From Vibrio sp. (GTDB taxonomy: Bacteria > Pseudomonadota > Gammaproteobacteria > Enterobacterales > Vibrionaceae): a stretch of DNA of 64,000 nt. Position 1 is the stretch's first letter. Each line of letters begins with the position of its first letter. Shown one piece after another: positions 40,672-53,052 of this stretch. The translations under genes and the position numbers were made by a program. Under the pieces are notes generated by a model, which made no database searches, had not been told where the DNA came from, and saw nothing but the letters and a program-made list of their open reading frames with translations. Location of the stretch: contig NZ_JBNKVP010000012.1 in NCBI RefSeq assembly GCF_050299255.1, positions 5,606 through 69,605 of the forward strand, read 5' to 3'.

Positions 40672-43581
40672 ATGACATTTGCTTTGGGTCAACGCTGGAT
40701 AAGTGATACGGAAAGCGATCTGGGTTTAGGTACCGTAGTGGCAATGGATGCCCGCACCGTCACACTGATGTTTGCCGCATCGGAAGAAAATCGTGTCTAT
40801 GCCCGTAATGATGCCCCGGTGACCCGAGTAATATTTAATCGTGGTGATGTGGTCGAAAGCCAGGAAGGCTGGAGCCTTGTGGTTGAACAGGTACTGGAAG
40901 AGAACGGCGTGCTCAGTTATCAGGGTGTCCGCGAAGATAATCAGCAAGCGGTGCTGCTGCGTGAGATCATGCTCAGCAATCAGATCCGTTTCAATAAACC
41001 TCAGGATAAGCTGTTTGCCGGTCAAATCGATCGTATGGACAACTTTGTGCTCCGTTATCGTGCACTTATGAACCAATATGAGCAGCACAAGAGCCCGATG
41101 CGTGGCTTATGTGGCATGCGTGCCGGCCTGATCCCGCATCAACTGTTTATCGCCCATGAAGTGGGACGTCGTTACGCGCCGCGAGTGCTGCTGGCTGACG
41201 AAGTGGGCCTGGGCAAAACCATTGAAGCCGGCATGATTATCCATCAGCAGGTGCTGACCGGTCGCGCCGAGCGGATTCTGATCGTGGTGCCGGAAACCCT
41301 GCAGCACCAGTGGCTGGTGGAGATGATGCGCCGCTTTAACCTGCATTTTTCTATTTTTGATGAAGAGCGCTGTGTGGAAGCGGTTACTGATGCGGATAAC
41401 CCGTTTGATACCCAACAACTGGTGCTCTGCTCACTGGAGTTTCTGCGTCACAGCCGTCATCGCTTTGAACAGGCGCTGGAAGGCGACTGGGATCTGCTGG
41501 TGGTGGATGAAGCGCACCACTTGGAGTGGAGCCAACAGGCACCAAGCCGGGAATATCAGCTGGTGGAAGCGCTGGCCGAACGCACCTCTGGCGTACTGCT
41601 GCTGACCGCAACCCCGGAGCAACTGGGCCGGGAGAGCCATTTTGCCCGCTTGCGCCTGCTTGACCCGGATCGTTTCTACGATTATGCCGCGTTTGTCGAA
41701 GAAGAGAGCCAGTACGCGCCGGTAGCCGATGCCATCAGCGCCCTGTTCAGTGGCCAGCCATTAACGGATCAGGCCAAAAACCAGATCGGCGAATTGCTGT
41801 CCGAACAGGATGTGGAGCCGATGTTCCGCACCTTAGAAAGCCAGGCCGACGGCGAAGAAAAAGCCGAGGCGCGTCAGGAGCTGATCGATAACCTGATGGA
41901 CCGGCATGGTACCGGGCGGGTACTGTTCCGCAACACTCGGGCGGCGGTCAAGGGCTTCCCGGTACGTCAGGTGCATTTAATGCCGATGCCACTGCCAAGC
42001 CAGTATCAGACCTCTATGCGGGTGGCCAATATGCTCGGCGGCCCGATGCCGTTGGAAGCGCGGGCACTGAAAAATCTCTATCCTGAAGAGCTGTTCCAGG
42101 AGTTTGAAGGTGAAAGTTCCAGCTGGTGGCAGTTTGACCCGCGGGTCAACTGGCTGATCGACAAAGTGAAAGCCAAACGCAGTGAGAAAATCCTGGTGAT
42201 CGCTTCGCGGGCCAACACCGCGCTGCAACTGGAACAGGCTTTGCGAGAGCGCGAAGGCATTCGTGCCACCGTATTCCACGAAGGTATGTCGATTATTGAG
42301 CGGGACAAAGCGGCCGCGTATTTCGCCCAGGAAGAAGGTGGCGCCCAGGTGCTGATCTGTAGCGAGATTGGTTCCGAAGGGCGCAACTTCCAGTTTGCTA
42401 ACCAGTTGGTGATGTTTGATCTGCCGTTCAACCCGGACCTGCTGGAGCAGCGCATTGGTCGTCTTGACCGAATCGGCCAGCTGCGGGATATCGATATTCA
42501 TGTACCTTACCTTGAGGATACCGTCCAGGTGATTCTGGCCCGCTGGTATGCCGAAGGGTTAAATGCGTTTGCCGAAACCTGTCCGACTGGCCGGGCGGTG
42601 TACGACCAGTATTCTGAACGTTTGATCGAGATGCTGGCCAGTGGTGACAGCGGCGAGCTGGATGAGGTGATCGACCTGTCTGCCAAGCTGACCCGAACGC
42701 TGAAGCAGGAGCTGGAGCACGGCCGTGACCGCCTGCTGGAAATGCATTCCAACGGTGGTGAGCAGGCGCAGCAGATAGTTGAGCGGATTGAATCTACCGA
42801 CGGTGATACCAACCTGGTGACGTTCGCACTCAGCCTGTTTGATACCATCGGCCTGAATCAGGATGACAAAGGGGAGAACGCTCTGGTGGTGACGCCATCT
42901 GAGCATATGATGGTGCCGAGCTATCCGGGTCTGCCTTATGAAGGCGCGACCATCACCTTTGATCGTGATACGGCGCTGTCTCGTGAAGATATGCACTTCA
43001 TCAGCTGGGAGCACCCGATGATCCAGGGCGGGATCGATCTGCTGATGAGTGAAGGGGTCGGTACCTCGGCGGTTTCGCTGCTGAAAAACAAAGCGCTGCC
43101 GGTGGGAACTATTCTGCTGGAGCTGGTGTACAAAGTGGATGCCCAGGCACCGAAGCAGAGTGGTATCAGCCGTTTCCTGCCGGTTACGCCGATCCGCATG
43201 ATACTTGATGGCCGCGGCAACGATCTTTCTAGCCAGGTCGAGTTTGAGTCGTTCAACCGTCAGCTCAGTCCGGTTAACCGCCAGCTGGCCAGTAAGCTGG
43301 TCAGCTCGGTTCAGGCTCAGATCCACACCCTGATTGAGCAAGGGAACTCACAGATTGTTGATAAAGTGACTGAGGTGCGCGAGCGCGCCCGCCAGGAGAT
43401 GCAGCACAATCTGAATGCAGAGCTGGAGCGGCTGCAGGCGCTCAAGGCGGTGAACCCGAATATTCGTGATGAAGAGCTGGAGGCGATCGAGCAGCAAATA
43501 GACCAACTGGCCGGCTATATCAGCCAGGCACAGTATCAGCTTGATTCATTGCGTCTGATTGTTGTGACGCACAACGGCTAG
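40672..43581 (+). CDS. rapA: RNA polymerase-associated SWI2/SNF2 ATPase RapA (HepA)
   Basis: 969 aa. The N-terminus [23 protein letters not shown] resembles E. coli RapA, with helicase motifs [22 protein letters not shown] and TATPEQLG. Confidence 0.96.
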   Translation: MTFALGQRWISDTESDLGLGTVVAMDARTVTLMFAASEENRVYARNDAPVTRVIFNRGDVVESQEGWSLVVEQVLEENGVLSYQGVREDNQQAVLLREIMLSNQIRFNKPQDKLFAGQIDRMDNFVLRYRALMNQYEQHKSPMRGLCGMRAGLIPHQLFIAHEVGRRYAPRVLLADEVGLGKTIEAGMIIHQQVLTGRAERILIVVPETLQHQWLVEMMRRFNLHFSIFDEERCVEAVTDADNPFDTQQLVLCSLEFLRHSRHRFEQALEGDWDLLVVDEAHHLEWSQQAPSREYQLVEALAERTSGVLLLTATPEQLGRESHFARLRLLDPDRFYDYAAFVEEESQYAPVADAISALFSGQPLTDQAKNQIGELLSEQDVEPMFRTLESQADGEEKAEARQELIDNLMDRHGTGRVLFRNTRAAVKGFPVRQVHLMPMPLPSQYQTSMRVANMLGGPMPLEARALKNLYPEELFQEFEGESSSWWQFDPRVNWLIDKVKAKRSEKILVIASRANTALQLEQALREREGIRATVFHEGMSIIERDKAAAYFAQEEGGAQVLICSEIGSEGRNFQFANQLVMFDLPFNPDLLEQRIGRLDRIGQLRDIDIHVPYLEDTVQVILARWYAEGLNAFAETCPTGRAVYDQYSERLIEMLASGDSGELDEVIDLSAKLTRTLKQELEHGRDRLLEMHSNGGEQAQQIVERIESTDGDTNLVTFALSLFDTIGLNQDDKGENALVVTPSEHMMVPSYPGLPYEGATITFDRDTALSREDMHFISWEHPMIQGGIDLLMSEGVGTSAVSLLKNKALPVGTILLELVYKVDAQAPKQSGISRFLPVTPIRMILDGRGNDLSSQVEFESFNRQLSPVNRQLASKLVSSVQAQIHTLIEQGNSQIVDKVTEVRERARQEMQHNLNAELERLQALKAVNPNIRDEELEAIEQQIDQLAGYISQAQYQLDSLRLIVVTHNG

Positions 43582-43603
43582 TTCTGTTCGTCCCTATAGC
43601 CAA

Positions 43604-43636
43604 GAAAAGGCCTTCCAGCGGGAAGGCCTTTTCTTA
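43604..43636 (+). terminator. Intrinsic terminator after rapA
   Basis: GAAAAGGCCTTCC-AGCG-GGAAGGCCTTTTCTT. Confidence 0.88.
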
Positions 43637-43799
43637 ATCTCGATTTCTATCATAACGGCCATAGCGGTTCTGGCTGTCAGTTTAATGTACGATTGGCAGG
43701 AGCTGTTTTCTACCACAGTTAAACCATTGGCCCATGGTGACTAACAGCCGGGCTCAGGTCTTGTTATAATGCGCCGTTTTTTTCCAAGAGATAACGTTA

Positions 43800-44537
43800 A
43801 TGGCAATGACTGAGTACCACCCGCCCACTGACCCCTGGATTGAGGTGGTGTATGAAGATGACCACATTCTGGCGGTCAACAAACCGTCGGGGTTGCTGTC
43901 GGTGCCCGGACGATTGCCAGAGCATCACGACAGTATCTGGAGCCGCCTGCAGCAGGATCATCCGGATATTCAGGTGGTACACCGGTTAGATATGTCGACG
44001 TCTGGTCTGATGGTACTGGCGAAAAACAAACGGGCTGAAGGGGCGCTGAAAAAGCAGTTCCAGTACCGGTTAACCCATAAAGTCTATTACGCCCGGGTTT
44101 GGGGCCATTTAGAGCAAGAGCAGGGCGAAGTGGATTTGCCGCTGATTTGCGACTGGCCGAACCGGCCCAGGCAGAAAGTCTGTCTGGAGCAGGGCAAGCC
44201 GGCCAGAACGCTTTATCAGGTTGTTAAGCGCGAAGCGAAAACCAGTATCGTCCGTTTGCTGCCGATCACCGGCCGCTCTCATCAGCTGCGGGTGCACATG
44301 CAGGCACTGGGTCATCCGATCGTTGGCGACGAATTTTATGCCACGGCGGAGGCGTTGGCGTTTTCTTCACGGCTGGAACTGCACGCTGCCGAACTGAGCT
44401 TTTATCACCCGCGTAGTCACTGGCTACGCAGTCTGTTTGTTCGCTGCGATTTTTATCCAGAAGGCGAAGAGATGATCTTCGACTACTTTGACCCGGAGCG
44501 TAAATTACCGGATTATAAAAGTTTGCCGAAACCTTAA
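43800..44537 (+). CDS. rluA: Pseudouridine synthase RluA (23S rRNA U746 / tRNA U32)
   Basis: 245 aa with the HRLDMSTSGLMVLAK catalytic Asp motif. It lies downstream of rapA as in E. coli. The ATG at 43806 is an alternative start. Confidence 0.9.
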   Translation: MAMTEYHPPTDPWIEVVYEDDHILAVNKPSGLLSVPGRLPEHHDSIWSRLQQDHPDIQVVHRLDMSTSGLMVLAKNKRAEGALKKQFQYRLTHKVYYARVWGHLEQEQGEVDLPLICDWPNRPRQKVCLEQGKPARTLYQVVKREAKTSIVRLLPITGRSHQLRVHMQALGHPIVGDEFYATAEALAFSSRLELHAAELSFYHPRSHWLRSLFVRCDFYPEGEEMIFDYFDPERKLPDYKSLPKP

Positions 44538-44573
44538 GGACGCAAGCGGAGCGTCTCAGGACAAGGAGTTGTT

Positions 44574-45536
44574 ATGCCGTTAATTAAAGTGGTGTTTCTT
44601 GACCGGGCGACCATTCCCGGCCACATCCATCTGCCGCACCTGCCTTTCCAGCATCAGTGGATGGAATACGACTACACCCAGCCGGAGCAGTTGCTCGAGC
44701 GGATCGAGGATGCGGATATCATCATCACCAACAAGGTGGTCTTGGACGCCAGTGTGTTGTCGCAACTGGAGCAGCTTAAGCTGATCGCCGTCTCCGCGAC
44801 CGGGGTCAACAATGTCGATATTGAGTACTGTAAAGCGAACAATATTGCCGTGACTAACGTGCAGGGTTATGCCACCCGTTCGGTACCGGAACATGTGATC
44901 GCCATGCTGTTCGCGTTGAGACGTAACCTGGTGGGTTATCACCAGGATATTGCCGCTGGTGAATGGCAGCGGCAGGGACAGTTCTGTTTCTTTACTCATC
45001 CGATTGGTGATATCGCCGGCAGTACCCTGGGTATTATCGGTAGTGGGGCGCTGGGCCAGGCGACGGCGGCTCTTGCCCGCGCGCTGGGTATGCAGGTGCT
45101 GTTTGCTGAGCGCAAAGGTGCTACCACTTGTCGTGACGGTTACCTGCCATTTGAACAGGTATTGAAAACGGCCGACGCGATCAGCTTGCACTGTCCGCTG
45201 ACGGAACAGACCCGTAACCTGATCGGTGAAGCTGAACTGGTACTGATGAAGCGGAGTGCACTGTTGATCAATGCCGGACGGGGCGGGTTGGTTGATGAGC
45301 AGGCGCTGGTGACAGCACTGCAGAAAGGCCAAATTGCCGGCGCCGGGGTCGATGTGTTTACTTCAGAGCCGCCTGAGCCAGGTAATCCGCTACTGGTTAA
45401 TTGTGACCTGCCGAATCTGTTGCTCACCCCTCATGTTGCCTGGGGCAGTGATTCTGCCATCCAGCAACTGGCCAACATACTGATCGACAATATTGCTGCG
45501 TTTGCGCGTGGTGAGCGGCAGAACCGGGTGGTTTAA
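44574..45536 (+). CDS. D-isomer-specific 2-hydroxyacid dehydrogenase (glycerate dehydrogenase-like)
   Basis: 320 aa with the NAD motif GIIGSGALGQA and the catalytic region LLINAGRGGLVDE...TPHVAWGS. Confidence 0.88.
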   Translation: MPLIKVVFLDRATIPGHIHLPHLPFQHQWMEYDYTQPEQLLERIEDADIIITNKVVLDASVLSQLEQLKLIAVSATGVNNVDIEYCKANNIAVTNVQGYATRSVPEHVIAMLFALRRNLVGYHQDIAAGEWQRQGQFCFFTHPIGDIAGSTLGIIGSGALGQATAALARALGMQVLFAERKGATTCRDGYLPFEQVLKTADAISLHCPLTEQTRNLIGEAELVLMKRSALLINAGRGGLVDEQALVTALQKGQIAGAGVDVFTSEPPEPGNPLLVNCDLPNLLLTPHVAWGSDSAIQQLANILIDNIAAFARGERQNRVV

Positions 45537-45564
45537 GCCTAAACAGTGACAACACAGCAGAAAT

Positions 45565-45600
45565 AAAGAAGGCAGCCAATTGGCTGCCTTATCTGTTTTA
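45565..45600. terminator. Bidirectional terminator between the convergent dehydrogenase gene and valS
   Basis: AAGGCAGCC-AATT-GGCTGCCTT, with T-rich sequence trailing on both strands. Confidence 0.8.
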
Positions 45601-45626
45601 CTGCTAGTGAGCAAAAGTTGCCGTGA

Positions 45627-48485
45627 TTACAGTGCCGCGATAGTCACTTTCTGCTCTTCCAGCTTGGTCAGGGTCTCTTTATAACCTTCCAGCTTCTCGC
45701 GTTCTTTAGCAACCACCGCTTCCGGTGCTTTGGCAACAAAGCCCTGGTTGCCCAGTTTGCCTTCGATACGCTTGATTTCACCTTCGGTTTTGGCAATCTC
45801 TTTGGCCAGACGATCCAGCTCGGCGTCTTTATCGATCAGGCCTGCCATCGGGATCATCAGCTCAGATTTACCGACTAGTGCAGTGGCGCAAGCCGGAGTA
45901 GCTTCGCTAGCTGTCAGTACGCGTACGCTTTCCAGTTTTGACAGAGAAACCAGTACTTGCTTGTTCGCTTCCAGACGGGCTGCGTCTTTGTCGCTGGCCG
46001 CTTTCAGCATTACTTCCAGAGGTTTACCCGGGTTGATGTCGTATTCGGCGCGCAGGTTACGGATACTGGTGATAAAGGCTTTCACCCACTCGATATCATC
46101 CAGGGCGTCCTGGTTGAAGTTGGCGGCATCATACTGAGGCAGTGCCTGCAGCATAATGGTTTCACCTTCCACACCGTCAACCAGCGGCTTGATGCTCTGC
46201 CAGATGGTTTCGGTAATGTACGGGATCACCGGATGAGCGAGACGCAGGGTCTTCTCCAGTACCGTGATCAGCGTGCGGCGGGTACCGCGTTGCTGCGCTT
46301 CAGTACCTTTCCACAGAACTGGCTTGGTCAGCTCCAGATACCAGTCACAGAACTGGTTCCAGATAAACTCATAAATGGTGTTGGCGGCCATATCGAGACG
46401 GAAGTTGTCGATGTGCTCGTTGAACGCTTTTGCCGCCAGTTCAAACTGAGATTCGATCCACTTGTCTGCCAGTGAGTATTCCAGCTCACCACCGTTAAAA
46501 CCACAATCCTGCTCTTCGGTGTTCATCAGTACATAGCGGCTGGCGTTCCACAGTTTATTACAGAAGTTGCGGTAACCTTCCAGACGCTTCATGTCCCAGT
46601 TGATGTCACGGCCGGTCGAGGCCATCGCTGCCAGGGTAAAGCGCAGTGCGTCGGTACCATAAGCTTCGATGCCGCTTTCAAACGTTTTACGCGTGTTTTT
46701 CTCGATCTTGGCTGCCAGTTGAGGCTGCATCATGTTACCGGTGCGCTTCTCTACCAGTGACTCCAGATCGATGCCGTCGATCATGTCGATCGGATCCAGC
46801 ACGTTACCTTTCGATTTCGACATCTTGTCGCCGTTTTCATCACGGATCAGGCCGGTGACGTAAACGGTCTTGAACGGTACCTGAGGTTTGCCGTTGTCAT
46901 CTTTCACGAAATGCAGCGTCATCATGATCATCCGGGCTACCCAGAAGAAGATGATATCAAAACCTGTTACCAGTACGTCGGTCGGGTGGAAAGTCTTCAG
47001 CGCGTCAGTCTGCTCCGGCCAGCCCTGAGTTCCAAAAGTCCACAGTGCGGAGGAGAACCAGGTATCCAGAACGTCATCGTCCTGACGCAGCGCCACGTCG
47101 GCGGCGATATTGTTGTCGGCACGTACTTCATCTTCGTTACGGCCTACGTAGACATTGCCGTCGTTATCGTACCAGGCAGGAATGCGGTGACCCCACCAGA
47201 GTTGACGGGAGATACACCAGTCCTGAATATCACGCATCCAGGAGAAGTACATGTTTTCGTATTGCTTTGGCACAAACTGAATGTCGCCGTTTTCCACCGC
47301 TTCAACCGCAGGCTTAGCCAGAATACCAGCCCGGACATACCATTGGTCGGTCAGCATCGGCTCGATGACTACGCCGCCACGGTCGCCGTAAGGCACAGTC
47401 AGTTCGTGATCTTTGATTTCATCCAACAGGCCCAGCAGTTCAAACTCTGCCACGATCTCTTTACGCGCCGCAAAACGCTCCATGCCATGGTATTTAACCG
47501 GTAACTCTGAGCTGTAGGCGTCACTGGCTTCACCGTTGGAGTTGAACACTTCTGCTGCGTCACGCACGTTAGCGTCAAAGGTGAAAATATTGATCATTGG
47601 CAGGTTGTGACGTTTACCGACTTCGTAGTCGTTAAAGTCGTGTGCCGGAGTGATTTTCACACAGCCGGTGCCTTTTTCCATGTCTGCGTGCTCGTCACCT
47701 ACGATCGGGATGCGACGGTTGACGATAGGCAGCACGATCTCTTTACCAATCAGATCTTTGTAACGAGGATCTTCCGGGTTAACAGCAACACCGGTATCAC
47801 CCAGCATGGTTTCCGGACGAGTGGTTGCCACCACAATGTACTCTTTGCCTTCCGCGGTCTTGGCTCCGTCGGCCAGCGGGTAGCGGAAGTGCCACATGTG
47901 GCCTTTTTTGTCTTTATTTTCCACTTCCAGATCGGAAATGGCGGTGTGCAGTTTCGGATCCCAGTTTACCAGGCGTTTGCCACGGTAAATCAGGTCTTCT
48001 TTGTACAGGCGGACAAACACTTCCTGAACCGCTTTGTAGAAGCCGTCATCCATAGTGAAGCGTTCACGATCCCAGTCTACCGATGCGCCCAGACGGCGTA
48101 GCTGTTTGGTAATGGTGTCGCCAGACTCGCCTTTCCATTCCCAGATTTTGTCAATGAAGGCATCACGGCCGTAATCGTGCTTGGTTTTGTTCTCTTCTGC
48201 GGCGATCTTACGCTCAACTACCATCTGAGTCGCGATACCGGCGTGGTCGGTACCTACCTGCCACAAAGTGTTGTGACCTTTCATGCGCTCGGCACGGATC
48301 AGGGTATCCATAATGGTGTCTTGGAACGCGTGGCCCATATGCAGGCTGCCGGTGACGTTCGGTGGCGGGATCATAATGCTGTAGGCATCTTTTGTCGTGT
48401 CACCGTGGGGCTTAAAGTAGCCTTGCTCTTCCCAAGTCTGATACAGAGCTTGTTCGATTGAAGTTGGGTTGTATGTCTTTTCCAT
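45627..48485 (-). CDS. valS: Valine--tRNA ligase
   Basis: The ATG at 48485 gives 952 aa starting [24 protein letters not shown]; the track ORF adds 14 codons. It has the HIGH-type motif [14 protein letters not shown] and a C-terminal coiled coil. Confidence 0.96.
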   Translation of the reverse strand: MEKTYNPTSIEQALYQTWEEQGYFKPHGDTTKDAYSIMIPPPNVTGSLHMGHAFQDTIMDTLIRAERMKGHNTLWQVGTDHAGIATQMVVERKIAAEENKTKHDYGRDAFIDKIWEWKGESGDTITKQLRRLGASVDWDRERFTMDDGFYKAVQEVFVRLYKEDLIYRGKRLVNWDPKLHTAISDLEVENKDKKGHMWHFRYPLADGAKTAEGKEYIVVATTRPETMLGDTGVAVNPEDPRYKDLIGKEIVLPIVNRRIPIVGDEHADMEKGTGCVKITPAHDFNDYEVGKRHNLPMINIFTFDANVRDAAEVFNSNGEASDAYSSELPVKYHGMERFAARKEIVAEFELLGLLDEIKDHELTVPYGDRGGVVIEPMLTDQWYVRAGILAKPAVEAVENGDIQFVPKQYENMYFSWMRDIQDWCISRQLWWGHRIPAWYDNDGNVYVGRNEDEVRADNNIAADVALRQDDDVLDTWFSSALWTFGTQGWPEQTDALKTFHPTDVLVTGFDIIFFWVARMIMMTLHFVKDDNGKPQVPFKTVYVTGLIRDENGDKMSKSKGNVLDPIDMIDGIDLESLVEKRTGNMMQPQLAAKIEKNTRKTFESGIEAYGTDALRFTLAAMASTGRDINWDMKRLEGYRNFCNKLWNASRYVLMNTEEQDCGFNGGELEYSLADKWIESQFELAAKAFNEHIDNFRLDMAANTIYEFIWNQFCDWYLELTKPVLWKGTEAQQRGTRRTLITVLEKTLRLAHPVIPYITETIWQSIKPLVDGVEGETIMLQALPQYDAANFNQDALDDIEWVKAFITSIRNLRAEYDINPGKPLEVMLKAASDKDAARLEANKQVLVSLSKLESVRVLTASEATPACATALVGKSELMIPMAGLIDKDAELDRLAKEIAKTEGEIKRIEGKLGNQGFVAKAPEAVVAKEREKLEGYKETLTKLEEQKVTIAAL

Positions 48486-48577
48486 AGCGCTCTTAAATGG
48501 ATATCTTGCTGGTTTATTTACTGCCAAACTTTATAAGTGAGGGATCTGACCAAGATCGCCTTAACTATAAAGTTTGA

Positions 48578-49027
48578 CTATGGATACGAAATTGCGATCG
48601 TTTGGAGCTGATAGCCCGCCTGGCGGTAGATTTTATACCTTTCTCGGGCGAGTTGCTTGGCTTTTTCTTCGCAAGGGACGAAGTCTACCACCTCACTAAA
48701 CTGGTTCGCAAAGGTTGTGTCGGTTTGAGCCAAATTTATCACCAGTTGTCGGTTCCAGCTCGGCCTGGTTTGACAGTGGCCGATCTCAATCGGTGTGGCG
48801 TATCTGGGGCCTTCACCGACCAGGTTATGGGCGACAAACTGATCGACTGGCAGTTGCCAGAACAGTTCAGCCAGTTGTTCTGCCTCGGTTTTATCCTGAC
48901 AGTTAAGATAAACTTTGGCCCCCTGGGCGGAAAAGTGCTTGGCCAGGTAGAGCACATAGTCATGAAAGCCGCTCTGGCTGGCTTGGGCCGACTGTGGCTG
49001 AATCAGATAAAAATTGGCGTTGGGCAT
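48578..49027 (-). CDS. holC: DNA polymerase III chi subunit
   Basis: 149 aa starting MPNANFYLIQP. Its position between pepA and valS matches E. coli. Confidence 0.9.
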   Translation of the reverse strand: MPNANFYLIQPQSAQASQSGFHDYVLYLAKHFSAQGAKVYLNCQDKTEAEQLAELFWQLPVDQFVAHNLVGEGPRYATPIEIGHCQTRPSWNRQLVINLAQTDTTFANQFSEVVDFVPCEEKAKQLARERYKIYRQAGYQLQTIAISYP

Positions 49028-49051
49028 CGGATACCTTGTTTCGGCTGTAAC

Positions 49052-49077
49052 AAAAAAGGGCCGGATGGCCCTTTTTT
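49052..49077. terminator. Hairpin terminator between pepA and holC
   Basis: AAAAAAGGGCC-GGAT-GGCCCTTTTTT, a short GC stem flanked by A and T runs. Confidence 0.7.
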
Positions 49078-49089
49078 ATCATGGATTGC

Positions 49090-50598
49090 TTACTCTTCGC
49101 TATCCTGGCCGCTGCGGTTAAGCAGGAACTGCACCAGCATTGAGACCGGACGACCGGTCGAGCCTTTGGCAGCACCGGATTTCCATGCGGTACCGGCGAT
49201 ATCAATGTGGGCCCAGTTGTATTTCTTGGCAAAGCGGGACAAGAAACAACCGGCAGTGATAGTACCGCCTGGGCGACCGCCGATATTGGCCATGTCAGCA
49301 AACGGGCTCTTCAGTTGTTCCTGGTACTCATCGGCCATTGGCAGACGCCAAGCGCGGTCACTGGCTTGCTCTGAGGCGTTGATCAGTTCGTGTGCCAGCG
49401 GGTTGTGGTTGGAAATCACGCCGCTGATGTGGTGACCAAGGGCAATGACACAAGCGCCGGTCAGCGTTGCAACGTCGACCACACAATCCGGTTCAAAACG
49501 TTCAACGTAAGTCAGGGCATCGCACAAGACCAGACGGCCTTCGGCATCGGTATTCAGTACTTCAACGGTTTGGCCCGACATAGTAGTCAGAATATCACCC
49601 GGACGGTAAGCGTTGCTGCCAGGCATGTTCTCACAACCGGCCAGTACGCCAACCACGTTGATCGGCAGATTCAGTTTCGCCAGTGCTTTCATGGCACCGA
49701 ATACAGTGGCCGCGCCGCACATGTCGTATTTCATTTCGTCCATGCCTTCGCCTGGCTTAAGTGAAATACCGCCTGAATCGAAAGTCAGCCCTTTGCCGAC
49801 CAGCACGATAGGCTTGCCCTGAGCATCCGGGTTACCGGTGTACTCGATGACCGACATCATGGATTCGTTTTTCGACCCACGGCCAACCGCCAGGTACGAA
49901 GTCATACCCAGTTTTTCCATCTCCTGCTCGCCAATGATCTTGGTCGAGATGGAGTCGTAATCGTCAGCCAGACGGCGGGCCTGTGAAGCCAGATATGCCG
50001 GGTTAGCGATATTTGGTGGCATGTTGCCCAAATCTTTAGCCGCTTTGACACCAGACGAGACTGCCAGGCCGTGGGCAATGGCGCGTTCACCTAAGTTCAG
50101 TTCACGGCGGGTAGGCACATTGAATACCAGCTTGCGCAGCGGACGACGGGTTTCCGGTTTGCTGCTCTTGAACTGGTCAAAGGTGTACAGGCCATCTTTA
50201 GTCGCTTCAACCGCCTGACGAACTTTCCAGTAGGTGTCACGGCCTTTGACGTGCAGTTCAGTCAGGAAGCAGACCGCTTCCATTGAACCGGTTTCGTTCA
50301 AAGTGCTGATGGTCTTTTGAATGATTTCTTTGTACTGACGTTCGCCCAGTTCTCGCTCTTTGCCGCATCCGACCAGCAAAACACGTTCAGACAATACGCC
50401 AGGTACCTGATGCAGCAGTAGCATCTGACCGGGTTTACCTTCCAGATCACCACGGCGAAGTAGTGAACTGATATAGCCATCACTGATCTTATCCAGCTGT
50501 TCGGCGACGGGAGAAAGGCGACGTGGCTCGAACACCCCAACAACGATGCATGCGCTACGTTGTTTTTCCGGACTGCCACTTTTTACACTGAACTCCAT
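49090..50598 (-). CDS. pepA: Leucyl aminopeptidase PepA
   Basis: The ATG at 50598 (SD AGGAG) gives 502 aa starting [24 protein letters not shown]; the track ORF adds 18 codons. It carries the M17 signature [12 protein letters not shown]. Confidence 0.96.
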   Translation of the reverse strand: MEFSVKSGSPEKQRSACIVVGVFEPRRLSPVAEQLDKISDGYISSLLRRGDLEGKPGQMLLLHQVPGVLSERVLLVGCGKERELGERQYKEIIQKTISTLNETGSMEAVCFLTELHVKGRDTYWKVRQAVEATKDGLYTFDQFKSSKPETRRPLRKLVFNVPTRRELNLGERAIAHGLAVSSGVKAAKDLGNMPPNIANPAYLASQARRLADDYDSISTKIIGEQEMEKLGMTSYLAVGRGSKNESMMSVIEYTGNPDAQGKPIVLVGKGLTFDSGGISLKPGEGMDEMKYDMCGAATVFGAMKALAKLNLPINVVGVLAGCENMPGSNAYRPGDILTTMSGQTVEVLNTDAEGRLVLCDALTYVERFEPDCVVDVATLTGACVIALGHHISGVISNHNPLAHELINASEQASDRAWRLPMADEYQEQLKSPFADMANIGGRPGGTITAGCFLSRFAKKYNWAHIDIAGTAWKSGAAKGSTGRPVSMLVQFLLNRSGQDSEE

Positions 50599-50790
50599 GC
50601 GTACTCCTACATCCTGAAGACAAATAGAACTAAATGTTAGATAATGGTGCACTTAGTGGTTGAATCCGGTGACGGAACTGACCCTGAACCAGGCTATCCA
50701 ACAGTTAGAGAAAATTTAAAAAATAATAGGTTCAACGGGAAACTATAGTGATTCAATCAAAAATACAAGTTTTGTGTGGGTAATTTCAGC

Positions 50791-51891
50791 GTGATTATTG
50801 TTAGATATTTGATCCGCGAAACACTAAAGAGCCAATTTGCGATATTTTTCATCCTATTTTTAGTGTTTTTGAGCCAGAGACTGATACGGGTATTAGCGGA
50901 TGCTTCAGATGGTGAAATTCCTGCCGGTCTGGTGATGAATTTTGTTGCGTTGAGTATGCCCTATATGGGGCTGTTGATGTTGCCACTGAGTCTGTTTCTG
51001 GGTATTTTGCTCACCTTCAGCCGTCTGTATGCTGAGAGTGAGATTACCGTGATGAATGCGACTGGCATCGGTAATAAGTTTTTAGTGCGGGCCGCGCTTT
51101 ACCTGGCGGTCATAACCGGTACGGCGGCCGCGTTTAACGCCTTTTGGCTGGCGCCTTGGAGCCAGGACCGTATCACCGCGCTACAGGAGCAGGTGCAGGC
51201 GGAAAACAATGTCGATCTATTGAAAAAAGGCCATTTCCAGGGCACGCCAGATGGCGCATCGGTGGCTTTCATCGACGATATTGAGGACAAAAAACTTAAG
51301 CACATCTTTATTGCGCAGATGCGCCCGCGAGATTCGGTTCTGCCGAGCGTGTCTTATTCACAATCCGGAGAAGTGGTTGAACTGAGTGACGGCCGTCAGA
51401 TCATTCGCATGAACGATGGCGTCCGTTATGAAGCGATTCCCACCCGGCTGGATTATATGGTCACCCGTTTTAATCAGTACGAGGGGATCATCGGCCAGCG
51501 TGAAGTGCGGCAAAAAGGTCGTGACTGGGAGGCGCTGCCGACTCAGGAGTTAATGGGTAACACTGATCCGAAAGCGCAGGCGGAGTTGCAGTGGCGTATT
51601 TCGCTGGTGATCTGTATTCCGCTGCTGACCATGTTGGTGGTGCCGCTGTCGGCGGTGAATCCGCGTCAGGGGCGCTTTGCCAAGATGGGCCCGGCAATCC
51701 TGATTTATCTGACTTACTTTCTCGCCATTAGTGCCACCAAGTCGGCCTTAGAAGATGGTTCGATCCCGGCGTTCATTGGTTTGTGGCCAATTAACCTTGG
51801 GCTGCTGATCACCGCGCTGGTGGTCAACTCAATGGACAGTATTCCGGTGCGACGTCTCAAAGATAAAATAAGACAGAAAAGGGCGGCTTAA
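50791..51891 (+). CDS. lptF: LPS export ABC permease LptF
   Basis: The GTG at 50791 gives VIIVRYLIRETLKSQFAIFFILFLVF, collinear with the E. coli LptF N-terminus MIIIRYLVRETLKSQ. The track starts 5 codons earlier at another GTG. The protein is 366 aa. Confidence 0.92.
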   Translation: MIIVRYLIRETLKSQFAIFFILFLVFLSQRLIRVLADASDGEIPAGLVMNFVALSMPYMGLLMLPLSLFLGILLTFSRLYAESEITVMNATGIGNKFLVRAALYLAVITGTAAAFNAFWLAPWSQDRITALQEQVQAENNVDLLKKGHFQGTPDGASVAFIDDIEDKKLKHIFIAQMRPRDSVLPSVSYSQSGEVVELSDGRQIIRMNDGVRYEAIPTRLDYMVTRFNQYEGIIGQREVRQKGRDWEALPTQELMGNTDPKAQAELQWRISLVICIPLLTMLVVPLSAVNPRQGRFAKMGPAILIYLTYFLAISATKSALEDGSIPAFIGLWPINLGLLITALVVNSMDSIPVRRLKDKIRQKRAA

Positions 51892-51894
51892 GCA

Positions 51895-52965
51895 GTGTTT
51901 AAGATTCTAGATTGGTATATCGGCCGAACGATTGTCGCCACCATGTCGCTGGTACTGGCTACGTTTGTTGGCCTGTCGGCGATCATCAAATATGTCGAGC
52001 AGCTGCGCAAAGTGGGTGAAGGCAGTTACGACCTGCTGCAGGCGCTGCTGTTTGTGCTGCTGAGTATTCCGCGCGATATCGAGATGTTTTTCCCGATGGC
52101 GGCGCTGTTAGGTGCCTTGATTGGTCTCGGCATGCTGGCGTCCAGCTCGGAACTGGTGGTGATGCAGGCGGCGGGCTATTCCAAACTCAATATCGGTATG
52201 TCGGTGCTGAAAACTGCGGTGCCACTGATGATCATCATCACCTTGCTGGGGCAGTGGGGCGCGCCGCAGGCCCAGAAGCTGGCACGGGACTTACGCTCGT
52301 TCTCTACCTCCGGCGGTAACCTGCTATCGATTCGTACCGGGGTATGGGCCCGTGATGCCAATGACTTTATCTTTATCGGTAAAATCGACGACGACAAACT
52401 GTATGCGGTCAACCTGTGGCGTTTCAATGAAGACAAACAGCTGCAGACCGTACTGACTGCTGAAACGGCCGATTATGCCGGAGACAACCAGTGGCAGTTG
52501 AATAAAGTACTGATCACCGATGTGCGTGATGAAGTGCAGCTGTCCCAGCAGAGTCTGCCGGCTTATCGCTGGACGACGACGCTGGCCCCGGACAAACTGG
52601 CGGTGGTGACGGTGAAACCGGAAGAACTGTCGCTGAGCGGTTTGTATGATTACGTGACTTTCCTTAAACAGTCGGAGCAGGATGCCTCTCGTTATGAGCT
52701 GGCCCTGTGGCGCAAGATTACCCAACCGTTCTCGGTGGCGGTGATGATGCTGATGGCGCTGTCGTTTATTTTTGGTCCGTTGCGCAGTGTGACCATGGGG
52801 GCGCGAATTTTATCCGGCGTGATCGCAGGATTCACTTTCTATATTTCCAGTGAGTTCTTCGGCCCGCTTAGCTTGGTATACAATATTCCCCCGGCGTTTG
52901 GCGCGATAATGCCGAGCATAGTTTTCCTCACCGTGGCGCTGATGTTACTGCGGCGTAAGTTGTAA
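51895..52965 (+). CDS. lptG: LPS export ABC permease LptG
   Basis: 356 aa with a GTG start 3 nt after the lptF stop. ILDWYIGRTI and the C-terminal PLSVAVMMLMALSFIFGPLRSV closely match E. coli LptG. Confidence 0.94.
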   Translation: MFKILDWYIGRTIVATMSLVLATFVGLSAIIKYVEQLRKVGEGSYDLLQALLFVLLSIPRDIEMFFPMAALLGALIGLGMLASSSELVVMQAAGYSKLNIGMSVLKTAVPLMIIITLLGQWGAPQAQKLARDLRSFSTSGGNLLSIRTGVWARDANDFIFIGKIDDDKLYAVNLWRFNEDKQLQTVLTAETADYAGDNQWQLNKVLITDVRDEVQLSQQSLPAYRWTTTLAPDKLAVVTVKPEELSLSGLYDYVTFLKQSEQDASRYELALWRKITQPFSVAVMMLMALSFIFGPLRSVTMGARILSGVIAGFTFYISSEFFGPLSLVYNIPPAFGAIMPSIVFLTVALMLLRRKL

Positions 52966-52994
52966 CCGGGCAAAAATTCAAGTGATCGATAAAC

Positions 52995-53021
52995 AAAGGG
53001 CTGCACGATGCAGCCCTTTTT
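52995..53021. terminator. Bidirectional terminator between convergent lptG and mutS
   Basis: AAAGGGCTGCA-CGA-TGCAGCCCTTTTT. Confidence 0.88.
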
Positions 53022-53052
53022 ACTCTCTAACGGTTATTCAGTTGCCATGCGA

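Noticed and set aside
43703-43718. A second CTGT-N8-ACAG pattern (CTGTTTTCTACCACAG) upstream of rluA, a possible LexA box.
   Set aside because: The 8-nt fixed core is expected about once by chance in 64 kb. The spacer is not AT-alternating and the flanks do not match TACTGT...ACAGTA. rluA is not a known SOS gene.
48602-49435. A 277-aa plus-strand ORF spanning the holC-pepA junction, and a 171-aa ORF at 10811-11326 spanning the tldD end, the terminator and arcA.
   Set aside because: Both cross intrinsic terminators and run antisense to well-supported genes. Neither has a start context or a recognisable protein sequence.
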